Shown here piece after piece: positions 25,196 through 39,306 of a DNA stretch of 64,000 bases. The notes under the pieces were generated by a model. That model did not search any database. It saw nothing but the letters and a program-made list of their open reading frames with translations, and was not told the DNA's origin. The first letter of the stretch is position 1; the number at the start of each line of letters is the position of its first letter. Made by a program: the position numbers and the translations under genes. This DNA comes from Phoronis australis (lineage: Eukaryota > Animalia > Phoronida). The stretch is from positions 62,001 through 126,000 of the forward strand of contig NMRA01000548.1 in NCBI GenBank assembly GCA_002633005.1, read 5' to 3'.

Positions 25196-27860
25196 TGAAG
25201 TAAATTTTCTTCATTGCACAGTGGAGCAGACGACGGAAACGGAGTCGTAGTGCGCAGCGCCACTGCCGGTCGCCTGGGATATCGCGGGAGAGCCTATACT
25301 TAGCCATAGTTCCGTTACCAATGCGCCGTGTTCCGAATTTGACACTTGAAATTGGATTTGAGCCCCCCCCCAACACTAAAACTGCACACATTTAAATCTT
25401 TTTTCATCCGTACAATTTTAATTACCGGGGTTAATCAATAAACTCACCATTTCCCTACGCTCTTACTGTTTTATTTTCTTTTTGCGGCAGCCAAGGGGGG
25501 GGCCCTGGGCCCCCCCTAAGTCCGCCTACGTGTGCGCCGCGCACATAGGTTCGCTTCCCGGATCTGATTCGGTCCGGCCAGTGTCGGGACCCGACCAAGT
25601 AATTCTGCAAGCAAAAAAGAAGTGTATGGAGCCTTAAAAATTGTTTGACAACCTTCTAAAGACACGTGGAAGAGGTTATGTTTTTGTTCTAAATGCTGGG
25701 TACATGTGGAATGAAATTATACTTTTCGTTGAACGTATGTCGTCTGGACCTCCTCACTGGGCCAGCCCAAGTAAAACTTAGAAGAAATTTCATGTTTTGA
25801 GACGCAAACAGCGTCTTTCTCTATTCTGTGGAACAATGGTGTGAAGTTGTTAACGATCAGTTATTACAAATATAGACGAAAATTCTTACGACTCAGAATT
25901 TTCGAAACATCGATAACCCGGCTCGTTGCCATGCGTGGTTCCGGCGGCAGCGCCACAATCGTGGTATCAAGTCAAGTGCCGAGCAACACAAGAAAAGCAA
26001 ATGGTTCTTTAATAGTGAAAAGCACAAGAAACTATTCAAAAGAAGCGATTTGTATTCCGATTCATCGAATTTGATGACGTTACAGCGCACTCAACGGCGA
26101 CGGACCAGAAGTAAACCTACAAGCAAAACTACAGCATATTCAGCCGTAAAATTTGATTGATAACTCTCTAACAGATGCAAAGGGTGAAATTATGTGAATT
26201 TTAAATATTATTTGGTTTGTCTGCGTTGCGCATTTTTGCAGTGACTCCAGTTCGCCCGCCCTCTGGTTAGCTCAGTCTATTCTCTATTATCGTCTTCAAA
26301 GGATTAATGAATAAAGATTTTGTCGACCACATATATTTTGTACCATATGGGGAACACAAATGATAAAAAGCGCACAAAAATGAAATTTGGTTTCGGCGCC
26401 GAAAAAGCTGCACTCGACAGACATGTTCACAACAGAATGGTAAACATTCAGATATCAACGGTACATTGCCACTTGGTCGGACGGAGGTATCTCAGTAGGC
26501 CTACTTGGTCTGCGAGGTCCGACCGTGTAGTAAGCCGACCAAGTTAACTTGATCGGGTAGCCTAGTACTTGGTCTACGGAATTTATTGGAGAACACTGTC
26601 TACGACATTGTCAAGAAGAAGAAACGTGTTGTCTGTTTATTTATCAGGGAATCTGATCTAAGTGCTACTGACGCATGATAGTGACCCTTTAGTAGTATTA
26701 GCAGTTGTCGCAGAATGTGTTAGAGCCTACCTGCGTCACACGTGTCTATTTCAACCCATCGATCGAACCGTACCGGCAACTGCCGCCGGAATATACCGTA
26801 GTCAGGAACTCGCTTTTCAACGTCCAGTTCATAGACTGTGATGTCTATGGTCCAGCTATTGCAAAGAGACATATTGCCAGAAAATGTCAGGAAGTTGATA
26901 ATTATTTTTCGGCTTGCATGTGCACGAAGCTGACTGCGCGCAGCTTCAGGACCAATACTGAGACACCTAATAGTTCCGACTGCCACCTCAGGGTGGCGCC
27001 CAGATGAATCTAATATGTCAGCCCCCTTCAAAAAAAATTTGTGATTTTCGTAGTGCTTTGGGTAATTAGTTGTGACAGGACAGAGAGCTTGAAGTGAGTA
27101 ATTTTATTAGTCGTGTAAATACTAATCAGAACTCAGTCAAGCAGTGTTTCCTACAGTATTTATTTAGTTTGGTGTTTATTTTCTGGGACCACGCTCTCCT
27201 GCTCGGAATACAGCGCCAGCCAGCTAGCGATGAGGTGAAATTCACATTTTTGGTGTTCACTGGAGATTCATTCTGTTGCAAAGTTTTGACTTAAACCTTT
27301 GAACTTCAGGAACTTCAGTTTGGATTTTCATAAAACATGATTGAGTCAATGACACTGACAGGTCCTTGGTCCTTGATGCATTTCAAAAATTGCCTCTCAG
27401 TGCTCAACATTGAGAAAGACTAAATCTGTAAATGACTTAGATCTACTTGCAAAATATAACACTGACTTATATCATGGCATAGGTTTAACACCCTCCAAAC
27501 TTCCAAAGAGACATTAAACCAATGATGGATTAAGCTGGCTTGACATGTTTTGGCATTTATGGAAACACCATCCTCAAGCCAGTTTACATATGCTGCTACT
27601 TGCTATCATGACATGTAAATAGTTTCACCCACACCTGTGCAACATGGATTAAGACTTTTGGTAAACCCCCGACTGTTTTTTTTTTGGGCACTGATGGTGC
27701 CTGAATTTGAAACCCATTCAATCACTGGCTACCTAGGCCTGGGTATAGTGTCAACCAAACTAATTCTCAAAATCAAGGACTGTTTAATCCAACCAGTGTC
27801 TATTCACCCAGTGCTGTTCTGAGTTGAGTGTTTTTCCTTTCTTTGCAGTTGGCTGGCATT

Positions 27861-30800
27861 ATGATGTATTCTGCTATCGAAGTTGCTCAATGTGGAGGGC
27901 CAGAAGTCTTAAAAATTGTCCAGAAAGCTCTACCCACTGCACTGAAACCCACTGAGGTCTGTTTTTGTTCTCTTCATAATTTCTCAGCGAAAGTATTGGC
28001 ATGCAAGTGGTGCCTAGAAGCCTAGAGACATGTTGGAACACACTACCAAATGATGTATTTTATGTGCATGCTTTTTCTGCTTGTGCTTAGTAAACATTCT
28101 TGTCTAACTATCCATGTATTCTGATTCAGTAGACCGATAGCTGTGCAGGACAAGACAAAAGTAATCAGACAAAAAAAAAGTGTTTTCTGACTGATTCAGT
28201 TAACTGCACGAATTACTAGAAACAACTATTAGTGTGGCAGAATTCCAATTATAGAATAGCTTAGCCACCATACTAATTTTCCTGTTCGTCCTCCTTCATT
28301 GTCGGCCACGAGGGAACAACAGTCTGACGAAGAATTTGGCTTCCACTTAGCCGCCATGACAGGGAATTCCGGGTCATTTTGTCTAAATACTTTTTGAATG
28401 TACAGTACATTTCAAGTATGTAATCTGACTGACAAAATCCTGGTTACAACTGTCCATGACACAACACCCCAGTTACTATGGCAATGAATTCCTGCTCTCA
28501 CTCATCATGACAGGGAATTTGAGGAGAGGTGAAAAGGCAGTGGGAAGTAGTGACTCCTGTCGTGGCATGTGCCGAGACCCATAACTTACTAGCATTGATG
28601 AGGTCTACAAGTTCTGTTATTTGTTATTTTCAAGAAGAAATGTAAGCTATGTACTGTGTGTGAGCGATGCCAAAGTTGTTGTAGACTGTATAGTGAGCGG
28701 CTCCCAAGAAAATTGTGTCCATGTCTTTCTGCAGAAGAGCGTGCTGCAGACAAACCCTGAGTTCTAAATTATGATGTCATACACCATGTTGCAGATCCTG
28801 GTGAAGGTGAAGGCCAGTGGTGTCAATCCCGTCGACACATACATCCGCACTGGAGGCCAGGGCTATAACCCGTCACTGCCCTATGTCCCAGGGAATGATT
28901 TGGCCGGGGAAGTGGAGCAGGTTGGGAGTGATGTTAAACAGTTTAAGGTAATGCATCGTCTTTAAGCATACAAAGCCCATCTTCCACCACAAAAAACACT
29001 GATTTAGACTACTTACCATTGTGAACCTTTTATCAAATAGTCGTCTATAGTCATGATAGGTGAGATTTCTGGTCTTGAACTGACTGCTTGTTATTACTCA
29101 AGACCAGGCTCTACTAGTCACAGCATCTCATCTTATTCGCCGAGCAAGGGTTCGAGTGCTGAACGCTAGTTCTTTGCATGCGCCAAAAATGTATATCACA
29201 TTAGATGCAATCTACTATGTATTTCCTATGTTCATCCAAACTCGTTGTTTTCATTTGATATATAAAGGGATGGAAGCGATTCAATGGCTGCACCTTTACA
29301 TTCCAGCTACAATCTCCTAAACTCCAATTCGGTATCCGCAAACATCAAACTTGTGGCACTAATTCCATACTCGTGCCCTTATTAAGTCCACACACTCCAT
29401 ACCCGGGGTTAAACTCCACTCATGCATCAATGGTTCGATACTTTAGTGAATGCATAGGGCAGTGTTGGTTTGTGTGTAGTGATTGGTTTGGGGCCATGCG
29501 TATGGAATTTGTAGCGTAGGTTTGGCATTTGCTAGTTCGAGACTGAACAGTGACTAAATGTTATTTTCAGCCTGGCAGCAGAGTCTATGCTGTAAAGGCC
29601 CCATTCAGCCAGGGCACTCACAGTGGTGGGTACGCCCAGTACTGTGTCATGGACTCTGTCATGGGCCATCTCCTCCCAAATAATGTCACCTATGAACAAG
29701 GAGCTTCTATTGGCATACCTTACTACACCGCGTATAAAGCATTATTCCTGAAGTAAGTTTAATCTTAAATTCTAGATTTATTTGTACTCTATCCAGATGT
29801 GAAAAACATATTTTATGAAGTACATTCCAACACTGTTTTGCTTGAATCTAGGCTGATTTATTATAAAGGCATAATATTGATCTTTATGCATTCGACGCGT
29901 GTAACTATTGCCTATCTGTATTTAAATGTAGATAAGCATTTATGTATCCCTATAGTCGTGTGACATGTTTGTATCTGATGTATATTGAGGTTTGCGTTTT
30001 GACACTTGTTACTAGAACATCTCACTGCACAGCAGTGGTTATCAGAAGGCATAATGGCCATGGAGAATTTAAAAAATGCTGTAAAGTCATGGTGGTCTAA
30101 ATGCGTGTCCACATAGCATGTAAGTGGCACTGATTGTTTGTCCATAAAACTTAATCACGACGCCATTTAGCAATGCAGTTTATTTCAAAAGGTCGTTGCT
30201 ATATTGGAACATGTGCGTTTGAGCTGCTGCCTTAGACATGGTTAGCTACATGTGGATGTAATCTTCTATGCACATGAAAGATACAGTTTGGTTTAGGTTA
30301 CTTTGTTTATTTCTCATCTTCTGATCACCTTGTCCACATTCTTTTCAATCGTGTTCATTTCAGGGGCTATGCTAAGCCTGGGGACACAGTGCTAGTCCAT
30401 GGAGCCTCCGGTGGTGTAGGGCTAGCTGCTTGTCAGCTTGCTAAGAGTCGAGGATTGAGGGTGTTCGGTACCGCTGGAACCTCTGAGGGAATGGAGGTCG
30501 TACGTGAGAGTGGAGCTCATAGGGTGTTCAACCACAGGAAGGAAGGATATGTTCAGGAAATCAAGGTATGATTACCAGGGTCGTAACTTTTCAGGGGGCT
30601 TTAACAACTCAGTAGCAGTGTAAATATCTTATCAATGACTTAATGACATCAGTGTGTGACCAGTTAAGGAGACTGGGTCAACTAGAGAGAAGACTAATTC
30701 TGTAGACGAGTTGAAAATACTGTAAGTGTAACTCGAGTATTGTTACAATTAGGGACCAATACTTAATGCATCCTGAGTCTTATACCCATGTAGGTTAAAT

Positions 30801-33800
30801 CATTGCTTGTTCTCAATAATTTTTCATCTGTCAACGAGAGGTTTAAGATTAGTAACTGCTTGTCCAACAGATTATTTAAGAGTTTGGTGAATACATGTCA
30901 TTACCTTCCAGTTCTTCTCTTTAAAGAATGTATTTGCATGCTTCTAATTATGCTAGTGTATAACGGGAACTAAACGACAATGTTATTTGAACATCGTCTA
31001 CGCTAAACAAAGTGCAGTTGTATTCACTGATAACTTGTAAATGCGAAAGCAAAAAATTCTGCAAATAAGTGGTGACTTTTGGACTAATGACGTACCTCTC
31101 GGGCTCACATAACCCACATCATGCAATGTTATTCCCCAACACCATGCCATGATACTTACGGGATGCAGTCGAGTGATTTACAGCAGAACATTTTCAACAC
31201 AGAACTCGTTCTTGAAAACATTTAGCAGTTTTCAACCTACTTTGTATTCACATCATAAATTTTGTGTTTTCTAACTAATTTGACCAAGCAATCACAGAGA
31301 TAAGGAATTAGCGTGCAAGTTCCACTTTAACGCAGTTGACACTTGCTGCAACCGTAAAATAAAACATTCGATGGCTATCTGTATTTTACCAAGCATTGCC
31401 AGTGAATTGTTTGAAAAATAAAAAAAATTTTTGCATGGTATTCGATAAATGTTAGATGATTAACTTTTGTATTTATCAAATGCTACCTGAATTGTTTATT
31501 TGCAAAAATCAAAAGGCCGCATGGTATTGGAATACGTCTTAGCTATATATTTTAATGACTATAATCAATTCTAAATTCTGTCTTACAAATGTTTTTAAGG
31601 ATGCCTGTCCTGAAGGAATGAACATAATTCTGGAGATGCTTGCCAACGCCAACTTGCAAAGAGATCTTGACCTTGTGGCACAGATGGGGAAAATTTTGGT
31701 AAATATGAAGAGGAGATAAAGTACAATGAATGCTATTGCGGAACGTGTGGCATGGCATAATGCCGTTCTCTTTAAATACCTCCAACACTAAGAAAAAACT
31801 AATGTAGATGATTCTAGATTTCCTTTAGCAGCCCCATAACTCATCAATCTATTCAAAGTTGACCACTTGTACTGTGCGGGTCAACTTGTAGTTGTCATGA
31901 TGTAGACATTATTTCAAACACAATGTTTGCTTAGGGGTTGCACAGTCAGACAACTTAAATTACCGAATCCCCATACTTTTTATAACTTAGGGCCCCTAAA
32001 ATCTCATTCGGGGCTGGGCTATTCAAATGCCTGAGAGGGTAATAAAACAATTATCTTCTCAGACAGGACCATAAACCCTTTGTTAAGCTGTGTTTACGTA
32101 CAGGCCATTTATCTGGGACAGTTGTATGACTAAGTTCACATAAAACTACTCTCATTGACCTTGCACTGTGTGTTGATTTGATCATGCCCATGATTTACAA
32201 ACCTCTGCAAAACTCTAAGCCAATATCACTCATATGCAAGCCAGGGGTCGGGGGCATTCATAAACTACATTTAAGGTTAATATATAGGACCATATCGTCA
32301 AGACTACATTTGGCCAAATAGCTGCAAAACAGAATTTAACTGAAACGTAGTATATACCAATCTGCCTTCAATTAGGTCACTTGACCATGCTTTTTTTTAG
32401 TAAAATTTAGTAAAAAAGGAAAAGTACATTCATAGCAAAATAACAAGATCAATGACATGTCCAAATTTTGCATGATATGAATATTCAAGATAAAATGATC
32501 TCAAAAACGCTGTTCAGTTTTCTAAATTATTATTTCGTTCCTTCATTCTCATATGCAAAAGTGGAATATTTTAAAAACAATTTCTAACAAAATTTTGGGG
32601 TTGGAGGACTGTGCGTGGAGCATAGTACCTGAAAATTTCATGTGAATCTGACAAGCCATTTCTGAGATATGATGTTCAGAATTTGGCCAAAATTTTAATT
32701 TTTCTAAGCTTCTACAAAACCTTTAACGTGAATCATCTGTTACGGATTTTCAAGTGGCGGCATGAAACAACATATTTCTATACTTTAGCACTTGCAATTT
32801 TTGTGATTTACTTGAATAGAACACTTCAAATTTCCGAGAAAGCTTTTGGTTGGTAAAACTGTCAGGGGCAGCCAGCATCTGTGGGAACTATTGGCTGCAG
32901 TATGGACCATACTTGCGCAAATTTAGCTGAATAGAACATTCAGTGATAGCACTGAATCAGATATTAGTATGGGATTTTAATTAATACGTCTTAATTTTGG
33001 ATTTGTAAGTAAAAAGATGCTCTTACATTTTGAGACAGAGAGTGTGTAATCAGTTATGGTATTGAGTTATGATGTCCAAGTGTAATTGTGTTATGCTTTA
33101 GGTTATTGGAAGCCGCAGCAACATTGAAATCACTCCTCGAATGTTAATGACAAAGGACTGTAGTATAGCTGGTGTGAGGTATGCCTCAACCACAAAGGTA
33201 AGTTGTTCTAAGAGTGAGCAATGAGAAATAAGATGTGTTGCAAATAATTGACAGCACCACCTATAGACCATGTGCGGCATACCACTGAAAAAAGTGGGGG
33301 CTATAGCCACCCCTAGCCCCCTATGGTGCGCCGCCCATGGAGTAACTGCTTTAGATTCCCCTTGTAGAAAGCCTGGGGTGAAACCTTTGCATCTTTGTCA
33401 AATTCAGCAGGGCTTTTGTGATCTGGTCGTCACAAGATGGTGGATCTCTTATTATACCTTGTATGAGGTGTCCATTTGATAGCATAGGCAAAAATGACTT
33501 CCTTGTCAGCCAGTAAAAGGGGTGAGTTCTGGTTCGCAATAGATCACTTGCTGACTTAGAAGAAAAGTGGGACAAAATCTTGTAGCATAACCTTGCATGA
33601 GGTCTATATAGGCATGCAGTTGGAAAACCAGCATGAGGTCTTGTAACTGTCAGGTGAATTCCCACAGTGCGGTAATAGTATCTAGCACCACGAGAAAAAG
33701 GAAGGTGGGACAAAAATACTCTTTGCTTCTTATCCCGTAATAGGTCTGTTGTATGGTCGGAGTGGTGACTGTCAGAAATTTAGGGGGGGGGTGGTGTTAA

Positions 33801-34149
33801 TTTTGCTTGGTGGCTCTTCAGAGGACGTAATTCAATTGCAAGAGAGACACTTATTCGTCATTTACTGTTTGGTTAGATGGGGAAATTATCAAATATGGGA
33901 CCATAATAGCAATGTTTTACACATTAACACAAAACAATGTGCATGGTTACAGTCTATTAATTACCTGTTCATTTCTGTTTTGTGTAGGCAGAGTATCAAG
34001 AGATGAATGATTTTCTTTATGTTGGACTCGAGCAAGGCTGGCTGAAACCGGTTGTTGACCGTGTATTACCCCTTGAAAGGGCACCACAAGCACACACAGA
34101 AATCATACAATCATCTGGAGCCAAGGGGAATATTGTACTGAATCCATAG
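27861..34149 (+). CDS. CRYZ: Quinone oxidoreductase / zeta-crystallin (MDR superfamily)
   Basis: Exons 27861-27956 ([15 protein letters not shown]), 28795-28947 ([20 protein letters not shown]...[13 protein letters not shown]), 29571-29752 ([16 protein letters not shown]), 30364-30565 ([23 protein letters not shown]-binding), 31600-31698 ([14 protein letters not shown]), 33102-33197 ([16 protein letters not shown]), 33988-34149 (GWLKPVV...[10 protein letters not shown]). All phases are compatible. AATAAA at 34193 and 34423. Confidence 0.95.
32272..32760 (-). mobile_element. Inverted relative of the 101-475/3006-3510 non-autonomous element in a CRYZ intron
   Basis: ttaaggttaatatataggacc terminus; ttttagtaaaatttagtaaaaaagg is the reverse complement of the conserved block in the other copies. 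Confidence 0.5.
33269..33339 (+). mobile_element. ~70-bp CATG-terminated mini-MITE
   Basis: catgtgcggc...gggggctatagccacccc...cctatggtgcgccgcccatg; second copy at 56580-56649. Confidence 0.6.
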
Positions 34150-34635
34150 AATACTCTGGAGTACATTTTCATTCTAATGATTGGACTCATATAATAAATG
34201 GTGGCAGGGCTATTCTCATTCATAATTGGTCAGGTTGCCGGGATTGTCTAACCTGTGGTTGATTGTGCCAGATTACATGTTGGCGTCATGTACAATGTTA
34301 CCCTTCGATCACTGTTGAAGGAACTTGATTTCACTGCAGAAATTTACATTATATTCTGCTGGAATGATTTTTGACTGAAAATTATATCATGTAAACAGCT
34401 TGCAGCTGAAAGTTCATACACCAATAAATCATGTCAAGTGTCAAACGCTGATTGAAAGTTGTCAGAACTGCTGAGCTATACCAGGTATAGCCCATTGGCA
34501 GAACAAATTATTGTCCATTTTTGTCTGCTCCTCAACCCCAGGTGCTTCCAGTTTACTTGACTGCATGAAGTGAAGCAAAAACCGGAGTAGCCTTTATACT
34601 TAGTTCGGACAGTTACTTGGGAAATAGGCAATTAA

Positions 34636-37600
34636 GAGGCAGTCCATATAATAACCAGTAGATTTTCAAAAATCAGTCTATACGTCAAAATTTAAAACAA
34701 CTTCATTTTTTTGTACATGGGTAGGTATCCTAACAAAAACCCAAATGCCAAATCTTGTGCACTCAATGACCCCTAATTTCGCCGCTGGAGCATGATAATT
34801 CAAATTGGCTCAATTGGGCATATTAACCGTCTCAAAAATCGCATGTTTTCAGCAACAAAAATGAGTAACATACAAAATAGATCAAAAGCTATATTTTGAT
34901 GGCTGAAATAACCAACGTATGCTGTGCATAATTCTGTGTCATTTATTAAAATCTAACAGTTTTGTGCTAGACAGGGGAGATAATCCACAGACCACTTTTT
35001 GGGGCTAATTTTAGTGGCCATTTTTGTGACCTTCTTACTGCCATAAAACACCTTGTAGACTTATGTGACGTTTTGAACATACAGTTAAAGAGTTAATCTT
35101 GATGACTAAGCGATAAAAATTCTTGCCTCAACTTTGCACTTAATTGAAAATTGTCTTGCAAAACTGTCTATTTTCATAGTTTGGAAATGACAAGCAGAGT
35201 TTACAGACCGGCCATTTGAACAAACTTTTAGGCAAGAAGTCTGCTTTAAATAGTTATAGAAACCAAGTCTAAACTCTTTCAAATGAAAACAAGATGTTTT
35301 CCGGGTTTATTACGCGGCTAGTATCAAAACTGAACCCCATGACCTTTGCCCACTGAGGGATTCAGTTGAAGTTAAGCATGAGGATATATAAAAAATGTAC
35401 GTGTAACCCTCGTGTATTCTTTCATTTCTTTTACATTATGAGATTAATTTAAACACTTTGTAGAACTTTTAAATGGAAATAAATGCCTTTAAGATTAAAG
35501 GAGTTAGAATTGATATTTGTAATGACTGGTTTTGAGAGAAGCAAGTGCATTTTAAAAAGACAAAATGGCGGACGATGGGTCTTCATGTTCCTTTAGAGTT
35601 AATTCTGCATAAAATCCGATCACAAAAGCTTTGTGCTTTAATAAGTTATGTCAAAGACACCACTGAACATTTGAGATACAGGAAAGTACCTCACAAAGCA
35701 AGGCCTGTGCCAGAGTACGGACTCGTACTACCCAGAGTCGGTGAATTTCTGACTGAACAGGACCAGTCATGGAAGAGTCGGGTAATGCTGGATGTTACCA
35801 CTCTGCTCCTCTCCTGAACGTAGCAGCCTTGTCAAATTCTACCGGCATTTCTGTTTCGAGATATGACTTACAAGTGAAAGACAGGATGGAAAGGATCTCT
35901 GTGATCGCAAGATCGCTCCGCCACTCAAACAACATGCAAAGTACTTTGTAGCCGAAGGTAACAATATCATAAACTTTCTGGATTTGAAAGAAGCATTACT
36001 TTCCAGTGGCCGCGTGAAGGGATGTTATGTGTATGCAGTGTTCAGTCCATGCAACAAAGTCTTTTCCAAAATACTCAGTTCCTGGTATAAGAACATTCCC
36101 AAATTCCCACTATTCCACTCAAGGAATTCGCGTGTGGAAATCATTCCATGTAGGTGACGGTAAGTTCTTACAAATACTGAGAAAATGGGAAACCTATTTC
36201 TCTAAAATACACTAACATCTCTTGACATGGCGGATTTTCAACACCAGGAGTTAAGGTTGGCATTAATTGTATCTAGTGAAGAGCCTCAACAAAAGTTCCC
36301 TTGTACCCAGCAAGGTTACTCGAAATTTTTACTACAGACGCAGAACTAGGTCAGCATTTGGATGTGGGTGACCACACTGAAAATTTACAGAGGGAAACCA
36401 CGTACGACCACATCGCACGAAAGTGGTCAGAAATGCTCTCACTATGCAAGAACCGGAGCGTCATTTGAGGCAGCCTCAGCCGGAGTACAGCGTGGATGAG
36501 ACGAATGCTGAAGCAATAGGTTAGGCATTGAAAAAAGGTAAAATGTTAACAAAATTTTCAGCAAAGGCCTAAGAACTTTCTGACGAACATATTCGATGAA
36601 GGAGATAAGTCAGGTAAAAACGTTCACCCTCGGAAGTGCCAAAATGGAGAAAACATATTACGAGAAACCACTGGGAAAGTGTTTACCTGTGATGTTAAGT
36701 GAATCGCAGATTGGTGGATTTTTTCGAGGGTGTCTGCAGCAATGTTTATTACGATGCTAGTTCTGCTGAAGATGCTGTTATGTCGTCAGATTTATTGAAT
36801 GAAATGATAAACGAGCTCAACGTTTAGCCTAGTTTTGTAGCATACCACGATGTGTGATATATGAAGTCGAGACCGTTACTTCTGTTTACTTCATGTCTAT
36901 CATGAATGAGTCATTTATAAAATTGTCTCTCGTGAATTATTTTCTGTTGACTGTAAATGTGAATGTGTACCTTTTTATACCACTGATGATCACACTGGCA
37001 GAACTATTCAGCGTTAAGGTGCCCGATGTGTGCCGGGGGAACACCAGATTTTTGGCGACTGGTGGCGACTAAAATTTGTAGCAGCCAGCAGGGACATTAC
37101 AATATGAACCCAAAGTCACAATGACTATTGACAAGTTGAAGGATTTTTTACATTGAACACTAGGGAGCCATATCCACCTTGGGTGCCTTCCTTTGCCTGT
37201 GGCACGAACAAGGCAGATAGAAAACAAGGCAGGGGTGAGTTCAGTAACAGTAGAACCTCTCTAAAATCTATCCAAAACCACGTGTTCTCATTTAAAATGC
37301 AGGGCAATATCTCGCGAAGTTACGAATTATAGCAAGGTCCTCGTGTTACTGCTCTTATTCTAGACGGATGCACTTCAGTCTCCACGTAAACAAAGCAGCA
37401 CCATCTATCATTTATAAGCACGCTTGCCAGTTGATTTACGTAAATATATTTTGTAATAAGCAATAATCATCAATGCCGTTTTCAGAGAATGGCAATTAAT
37501 AATGCTGTCTGCCTTTTCTCCAAAATACAAGGTTTTTATGTCGTGTTTCGCAAGCTAATTATATGTTCCAAGAGCCCGGCCCTATTGGCAGCAGAGGCAA

Positions 37601-38148
37601 CTGAGAACATGCAAAAGGACGCAGTGCAGTTCGTGTAATGCTTCGTACGCAAAAACTACATTAGAGGCAAGATTTTTTTATTTTAGATTATGAACAGGTT
37701 AAGAATGACTGAACAAATTATTATAAAGTCAATTTCGGGAAAGGTGCGTTATGGCTGCTACAGAGTGACAAATTTGGCCGAAAATGGCTTCAGTGAAAAC
37801 CTGAAAAATAGCCGTTTTTGCCTCACAAATTCAAAACGTACAAATTTAAAAATAGATTTTGAAAGTTATGCCTTTAAATTATTCAGCCATTGGCCTTTCC
37901 ATTCGTATTATTCATTTGTTTCGACCTTACCACACATGCTAGTAAAATGCATTCAAACATGCCTACTTCGACGCCCAATTTTATTGCAAAATGGAGGTAC
38001 AGGTCATAAAAAGAAAAATAATGAATGAAAATTCTTAAAAAGTGAGGTTTTTCTACATCTCAACAAACCAAACTCATGTGCTAAGTTTCAAAAAAATCGG
38101 TGATTTTGGGTATAGACTCTACCTGTTGGTTTTTATATGGAGTCACTC
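34636..38148 (+). mobile_element. Degenerate Sola3-like DNA transposon
   Basis: TTAA|GAGGCAGTCCATATA... at the left and ...TATATGGAGTCACTC|TTAA at the right (imperfect TIR, TTAA TSD, GAG/CTC termini). Broken transposase motifs at 35780-36730: GNAGCYHS, GKDLCDRKIAP, EGNNI...LKEALLSSGRVKG, GIRVWKSFHVGDGK, FPC...HLDVGDH, ALKK...FSAK...FDEGDKSGKK. Confidence 0.7.
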
Positions 38149-39077
38149 TTAAAATTATTGTAAGAGGACATTCACTGTATCTTTTTGTAACTTTGTTAAT
38201 AACATTTCTTCCACTGGGTGGCATGCCAAGAAGTTATCAGTATAATAAGCCTGAGTCTGCTTGGAATTACCGGTACCTGATTTTTGTCATCAAATTTGTG
38301 AGTCACATTTTGAGAGTAAGGTTATTGAGCCTGTATGTAATGTTCACTTTGTTAAGTTAAAATCAATAACTTGTATTGAGGATCAGAAGTTATAGTTGTT
38401 ATATGAGTTTGATACATAAGGGGTGTTTTCTGCCCTGGCCCATGTTGACCTTTGCCAAGGGAGGCCCTAAAGCACAATATCTGAAGAAAAAAATGCCATG
38501 TAACCTCCAAAAATGGAGTTCCAGTGTACTTTTGGATCTGGTCTAGAGATAGGACACTAAATCACCTAAAGTGGTGTCTGCATGGTCAGTTTACACGTTT
38601 TTAGAATTCATTACAGTGTGTAAATTCTGTAAGTCTTTTTAAGTTCCACTAAATTGGTCTACAGATGAACAAGAGAACATAATTAAAATTCGGGTGCACC
38701 AGATAGTCCTTCTGGACTTACCAATATGAGGATGGGCACGAATAGGATGGTCAGGTTTGTGAAAGTAGCGTGTGTTTCATTGATCATTATCTTTACATTT
38801 TCCAGGACCTGATTTATTTGGTACATGAGATATTAAGTTTATTTTGTTTGGGTAACATAATTTTCCTGTCTTTCATGTGGGCGTGTCTCGCTGTATATCG
38901 CAAGGAGTAAATAATTTCAGTGTTTGTTTTTAGTCGGTACCGGAGACTAGCATTTTCGCCACACGGGAATTTGGGGGCGTGGGTCTGTGGATTTTTACCG
39001 TGGGTTGATATCTGCTGTTCCTAGACTTGGGTTTAGAGGATCCGGGCTGGAACTTGAGGGTCGTCCGTGGGATCGCT

Positions 39078-39306
39078 AAATAACAAAATAACTGCATGTG
39101 GTCTGGCACACGCTGTGCCAGGCGTGTGCCGCTCAGGTGGGCCCATTGCACTGATTACCTGGAACCATTTTTGTGCTTAATAAGTAGTTGATCAAGCTGA
39201 GGAGCTGGAGACCTGACTCGAGGGTTTAGCAGTGTGCCCCAGTGGGACTCGAGCCCAGGACCTTGAGTAAAGGAAGCGGACCCTTACCACTAGGCCACAC
39301 TGCTCC
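39078..39306 (-). mobile_element. tRNA-derived SINE copy
   Basis: Minus-strand head GGAGCAGTGTGGCCTAGTGGTAAGGG...CTGGGCTCGAGTCCCACT has Pol III A and B boxes; the body is shared with 18703-18942. Confidence 0.75.

Noticed and set aside
24453-25391. Long ORFs of 228-312 aa in the ORF track
   Set aside because: Artefacts of translating through the N gap.
39228-39306. tRNA gene on the minus strand
   Set aside because: It has A/B boxes but no clean acceptor or anticodon stems, and it continues into a body shared with 18703-18942, so it is a SINE head.
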